Source: an uncultured Candidatus Saccharibacteria bacterium | Lineage (GTDB): Bacteria; Patescibacteriota; UBA1384; XYA2-FULL-43-10; 1-14-0-10-43-13 | DNA length: 64,000 nucleotides | NCBI GenBank assembly: GCA_964628585.1 | Contig: CAZVMH010000005.1 | Span: forward strand, 2,491-66,490 | Direction of reading: 5' to 3' | Part shown: piece by piece, positions 60,003 through 64,000 of the stretch | Layout of the letters: each line of letters starts with the position of its first letter | Position numbering within the stretch: position 1 is the stretch's first letter | Notes under the pieces: model-generated | What the model saw: only the letters and a program-made list of their open reading frames with translations | Database searches by the model: none | What the model was told of the DNA's origin: nothing | Position numbers and translations under genes: made by a program

Positions 60003-60209
60003 TTATTTTTTCTCTTCTTCTTCGATTTTTATTGCTCCAGCTGGACAACTATTAACAGCATCATCAATTTCATCTTTTCTAGTTTCGTCATACGGAGCAA
60101 TTACTTTTGAACGATTGGAATCGTTCATTTTGAAAAAATCTGGATGATTTTGAGCACAAGCACCACAACCAATACAAAGATCGACGTCAACAACTAGCTT
60201 ATTTGACAT
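60003..60209 (-). CDS. Single-cluster ferredoxin
   Basis: CIGCGAC...CP. Confidence 0.92.
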   Translation of the reverse strand: MSNKLVVDVDLCIGCGACAQNHPDFFKMNDSNRSKVIAPYDETRKDEIDDAVNSCPAGAIKIEEEEKK

Positions 60210-60233
60210 ACCTGGTTTCCTCACTTAATTTAA

Positions 60234-60572
60234 TTATATCTTTACGGCGTATTGACCAATAACAGGGAGGGGCACCATTTTACCACCCAAAGCGTTTACA
60301 AGGCCCATAACGAAAAGAATAAAAATCAAAATTCCACCGATTGGGCCGATAATCCAGCCGATAATAGGGATGGCACTTACTATGCTTATCGCTACTGCGG
60401 CAACACAAAGTGCGATGCCCTGTCTTGCATGATACTGAGCAAATGGTGAATTTGGTTTTGCAAGAAGCGGAACCAAGAATAAAATACCTAAATATCCGAT
60501 TGCAGCGATCGCTTTGTTTTCCTCAACATCACTACCACCCGATGTTGGTGCTTTTTTCTCTTCTTCATTCAT
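60234..60572 (-). CDS. DUF4870-like membrane protein
   Basis: AAIGYL...PLL...YHARQG...LPVIG. Confidence 0.8.
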   Translation of the reverse strand: MNEEEKKAPTSGGSDVEENKAIAAIGYLGILFLVPLLAKPNSPFAQYHARQGIALCVAAVAISIVSAIPIIGWIIGPIGGILIFILFVMGLVNALGGKMVPLPVIGQYAVKI

Positions 60573-60734
60573 GTGTCTCCTTTAATTAGTCTAATAGTTA
60601 ATTCAATTATAACAACATTTTTCGCTTTTTGAAAATATCAAATACAAATACTTGATTTAATATGATATAATTATGGTGTAATATCCTTAATTAATCCGTC
60701 TCCGCCGATTGGCGGCTGACGAGAAGGAGATTGT

Positions 60735-60941
60735 ATGAAAATGAGTGCAATGGGCTGGATTACCTTTGTGCTAGTTATCATTGGTGCACTTAACTGGGGC
60801 TTAGTCGGTTTTTTTGATTGGGATTTGGTCAAAGCCATTTTTGGCGACATGACTACGGCTTCTAGAGTAGTTTATGATATTGTTGGCCTTTCTGCTCTCT
60901 GGATGATTGTCAGTGCTATGATGAAGGGTAGCGAAGAATAA
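60735..60941 (+). CDS. DUF378 family protein
   Basis: LVIIGALNWGLVG...DLV...VGLSA. Confidence 0.9.
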   Translation: MKMSAMGWITFVLVIIGALNWGLVGFFDWDLVKAIFGDMTTASRVVYDIVGLSALWMIVSAMMKGSEE

Positions 60942-60949
60942 AGTTCAAT

Positions 60950-60984
60950 AGAAAAACCGCCTTGAACAGTAAGGTGGTTTTTCT
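60950..60984 (+). terminator. Intrinsic terminator
   Basis: AGAAAAACCGCCTT/AAGGTGGTTTTTCT. Confidence 0.7.
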
Positions 60985-61015
60985 ATTACTAACAACAAAA
61001 TGGTATAATTATAAA

Positions 61016-62073
61016 GTGATAAAAGAAAAGATAATAGCTCTCAAAGAATATTTTGCTTCTTGGTCTAAGTTTCAAATTTGGCTTGGGATTATTTTTGTGG
61101 TTACGCTTTTTACTGGAAGCACTCTTGCATTTTACAACAACCAACAGAAAAAAAGGCTTTTCAAATTGAAGAAACTAGTATACTTGATACAAGTTCAGGC
61201 AATAATACTGTAGGCAGTACGAATCCCAGTATTCAACCGGATTCTTCAGTCTCAAGCTCAACTTCTAATAATGGTTCGGCATCAACACAAAGTTCGTCCC
61301 CCAAAAACAATATCTCTTCTGGAAATAGTGACAATGAAAACAGTAGCACCAGTGGTGATAATAGCGAAAGCACACCTGTTAACAATCCAACTCCACCCGA
61401 AGTTCTTTCGGCTACTGTTGCCTTTTATGCTGATTCACAAACTGACAATAATCCAGTAGGAGAAGAAGAAAATCATCAAAGAGTTGTTAACTATATTCTC
61501 GGCACAAGCGCTAATCCGATTTTCCATGTCGGAGACTTAATGGAAGATGGAACTCAAGCAAGTCTAGATTCTTTTAATGCTGTTACAACAACATTGCGAG
61601 CAAGTCGGTCCTTTTATAGTGCTATTGGCAATAATGAACGTAACTCCTCTCTCTATTTCAATAATTTTATTTTTCCCAACAACGAAAAATGGTATTCGGT
61701 TAATATTGGCAATCTTCACATGATTATTTTAGATAGCGTCTATTCAGCATCCGATCCAAGTCAACTTTCATGGTTACAGTCAGATCTTCAAAGTGCCGCT
61801 TCACAAAACAGAATAACCGGAGTAATGTATCATTATCCAACTTACTCCAATACAATCGGAAGTATCCTCACGAATAATAATGTTGACTTTGTTGTGGCTG
61901 GTCATAACCATTTCTACGCCCATACAACATCAAACGGAGTTCATTATTTCGTTTGTAGTGGTCAACAATCAATTGGCTACCTACTAGCTAAAGTTTATTC
62001 TAGTACTATTTCAATTAGCGCCTATAATAGTTCTAATGGCTTGATTGAAACGATTAGTATCCCAAACCGATAA
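61016..62073 (+). pseudogene. Membrane-anchored metallophosphoesterase, frameshifted at an A7 tract
   Basis: TM anchor in one frame; Ser-rich linker and D, GD, GNNE, GHNH motifs in another; frames join at A7 61148..61154. Confidence 0.75.
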
Positions 62074-62074
62074 T

Positions 62075-62503
62075 TTATTTTTCATCTAGTGTTTTTGCCC
62101 AGGTGGAGGCACGCTCTAATTCGCCATCGAAAAGTGGGCCATCTTTGCCTTTGACATAGAATGCTTCTGGCTTAATAACGATGTCAGCTCCAGCTCGTTC
62201 TAAGTTTTTGGCGATTTTTTCTTTAGCGTCTCCGTGAATGAAAAGCTTGACTCGAGTATCAAAAGCAGTTGCTTTTAGGGCCTTTAAATCATCACTCCCA
62301 AAAGAGTTAAGAAAAGCCATAACAGAAGGTAGTGGCATCCAACCATTAATGGGAGAACCAACAACAAGCAATTCGATACCTTTTAGATCGGATTTTTGAA
62401 AATCACCCACCAATTTGGCTTCACCATCAAGTGTCTTTGCAATTGCTTCAGCAATTTTTTTAGTATTGCCAAAAGCTGAATCGTAAATAACCAATGTTTT
62501 CAT
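62075..62503 (-). CDS. Flavodoxin-like protein
   Basis: YDSAFGNTKKIAEAI, VGSP, AFDT. Confidence 0.9.
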   Translation of the reverse strand: MKTLVIYDSAFGNTKKIAEAIAKTLDGEAKLVGDFQKSDLKGIELLVVGSPINGWMPLPSVMAFLNSFGSDDLKALKATAFDTRVKLFIHGDAKEKIAKNLERAGADIVIKPEAFYVKGKDGPLFDGELERASTWAKTLDEK

Positions 62504-62512
62504 ATTTTTTCT

Positions 62513-62884
62513 TTAATCGTAATATTTCTTGTCATGAATACAAAATGTGCCTTGATCCGACTGCCATTTTTTACATTCAATCTTAACAAACTTTTCAATT
62601 CCTTTGTCTCGAATATTTTCTAAATTTTCAATTTCACTCATACCATATTTTAATTTATACCTTTTGTCCAGACGTTTTAGTCGTTCACAGGGAAATTGAA
62701 TACACTCAAAACAAAACTCTCCTTTTCTGTGTTTACACAATCTAATTCCACACTTTATCGGGCGGTTATTGACTTTTCTGCCAGAGAAACAACCTGGGCA
62801 TTTGTTTTCTGCTCTTAAGTAGTGAAGACAAAGCCCGCAATTCATACCACATGTTGCAATAAGTTTTTTATTTATTTTTTCCAT
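62513..62884 (-). CDS. DUF3795-like Cys-rich protein
   Basis: CGMNCGLC, CPGC, CFECIQFPC. Confidence 0.8.
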   Translation of the reverse strand: MEKINKKLIATCGMNCGLCLHYLRAENKCPGCFSGRKVNNRPIKCGIRLCKHRKGEFCFECIQFPCERLKRLDKRYKLKYGMSEIENLENIRDKGIEKFVKIECKKWQSDQGTFCIHDKKYYD

Positions 62885-62887
62885 CTT

Positions 62888-63421
62888 CTAGTTTTTTTTG
62901 AACCAGAAAGAAAATGCTAATAAGTAAACAATGACGCTAAGAGCGCTCCATACAAATGTATTTGGAGAAAAACTATTACTGATGAATAATTTCCAAAAAA
63001 CAAGGTAGCCTATAGCACCAATACTGTCACCAATTAAACAGTACTTCCAACTATATCCTGAAATGACTTTATCTTTTTGAGATATTCTATCCCAAATAAG
63101 ATAAATTGCAAATATAATAAAAAGCCAGAAAAAATAGCTTGGGTTATCTGCCGTAGAGGTATTTAAAAGTCTTGAAAAAGAGAACAAAACAGCAAAATCT
63201 AGAACCAGAACATTCCTGTTATATTTTTCATCTGAGTAAGTATGATGAGAATAAATCCAATCAATTACTAAAACGGCATAAGCAAAAAAGAATCGAAAAT
63301 AATCAAATGGTGTTTTGGCTATATCAAAAAAATTGAATCCGTAGGCAAAAACAACACCATACATAACATTAATTAGACTCAAATCCAGTTTAAAATTATT
63401 TACGCTTTTTGCTCGTTTCAA
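62888..63421 (-). CDS. Membrane protein
   Basis: AGGAGG RBS, about 5 TM segments. Confidence 0.7.
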   Translation of the reverse strand: MKRAKSVNNFKLDLSLINVMYGVVFAYGFNFFDIAKTPFDYFRFFFAYAVLVIDWIYSHHTYSDEKYNRNVLVLDFAVLFSFSRLLNTSTADNPSYFFWLFIIFAIYLIWDRISQKDKVISGYSWKYCLIGDSIGAIGYLVFWKLFISNSFSPNTFVWSALSVIVYLLAFSFWFKKN

Positions 63422-63442
63422 AATCCTCCTGTAAGATTGTCT

Positions 63443-64000
63443 TTATAATTTTCCTTTATAAGTTGCCATATATAGGTTTAGTGTTTCTCCACCTGTAGAA
63501 TATGCACCACTAGAGAGACCATAATACATAATATAGTTATCAGAAGAAATCTCAACTACGTCTGGATCAACCAAAGCATTTGCTTCGTCTAAAATTTTCC
63601 CAACTTTTGCCCAGACTAAACCATCTGTTGATGTGGCTTTATATAATGCGTTTTCATTTTGATTTAGAATCGAATAATACATAATCCATTTTCCATCTTT
63701 ATATAATACATCAGGATCGACTGCTCCATCGCCTAAACGATATCCTGAGTCACGTTTCCATGTTAGGCCTTTGTCAGATGAGACCGCAGAGCCAATAGCA
63801 TTTCCACCAGAAACATAGTACATTCGAATTTTCCCATCTGAAAGCAGTACTAAATCTGGTACGGAGGCGAAATAACCATCTTCTTTGCTACTATCTATGG
63901 CAATACCAACTTTTGTAAAAGTTTTACCATCGGTCGAAGTAGCTAGATAAAGGTTTCTTTGGTTAGCTGCACTTGGTGAGGTATTACCCTGTTGTTGCCC
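63443..64000 (-). CDS. 3' part of a glycoside-hydrolase-like beta-propeller protein (start outside window)
   Basis: Frame open to the window edge; repeated ATSTDG..W/F and DPDV motifs. Confidence 0.75.
   Translation of the reverse strand, partial: GQQQGNTSPSAANQRNLYLATSTDGKTFTKVGIAIDSSKEDGYFASVPDLVLLSDGKIRMYYVSGGNAIGSAVSSDKGLTWKRDSGYRLGDGAVDPDVLYKDGKWIMYYSILNQNENALYKATSTDGLVWAKVGKILDEANALVDPDVVEISSDNYIMYYGLSSGAYSTGGETLNLYMATYKGKL

Noticed and set aside
193-60449. Numerous 60-140 aa ORFs antisense to or nested in long genes
   Set aside because: Shadow ORFs of well-supported genes, without RBS or motifs

Overview
Low-GC bacterial chromosome segment. Gene content and style (split ComEC, membrane-anchored Clp ATPase, short TsaB and DnaJ, many leaderless genes, tiny palindromic repeats) suggest Patescibacteria/CPR; this is an inference. 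The first 10 kb is a tandem array of at least four secreted FN3 + LVIVD-repeat + DUF11-like paralogs whose variable propeller is bracketed by near-identical, mosaic DNA blocks. Most of the rest is housekeeping: a two-component system, foldase, LCP, tsaBE, queA/queH, ruvCAB split by a sugar-transferase cluster, comEC, grpE-dnaK-dnaJ, lepA, nfo, murJ, ftsH, tilS, four tRNAs including all three CAU-anticodon types, an L,D-transpeptidase and a Clp ATPase. The strongest novelty candidate is a ~475-nt GC-rich, multi-helix, apparently non-coding RNA on the minus strand between grpE and dnaK. It has its own consensus promoter and terminator and carries a perfect 19-nt copy of the grpE 3' end. All assignments were made by eye, without database searches.
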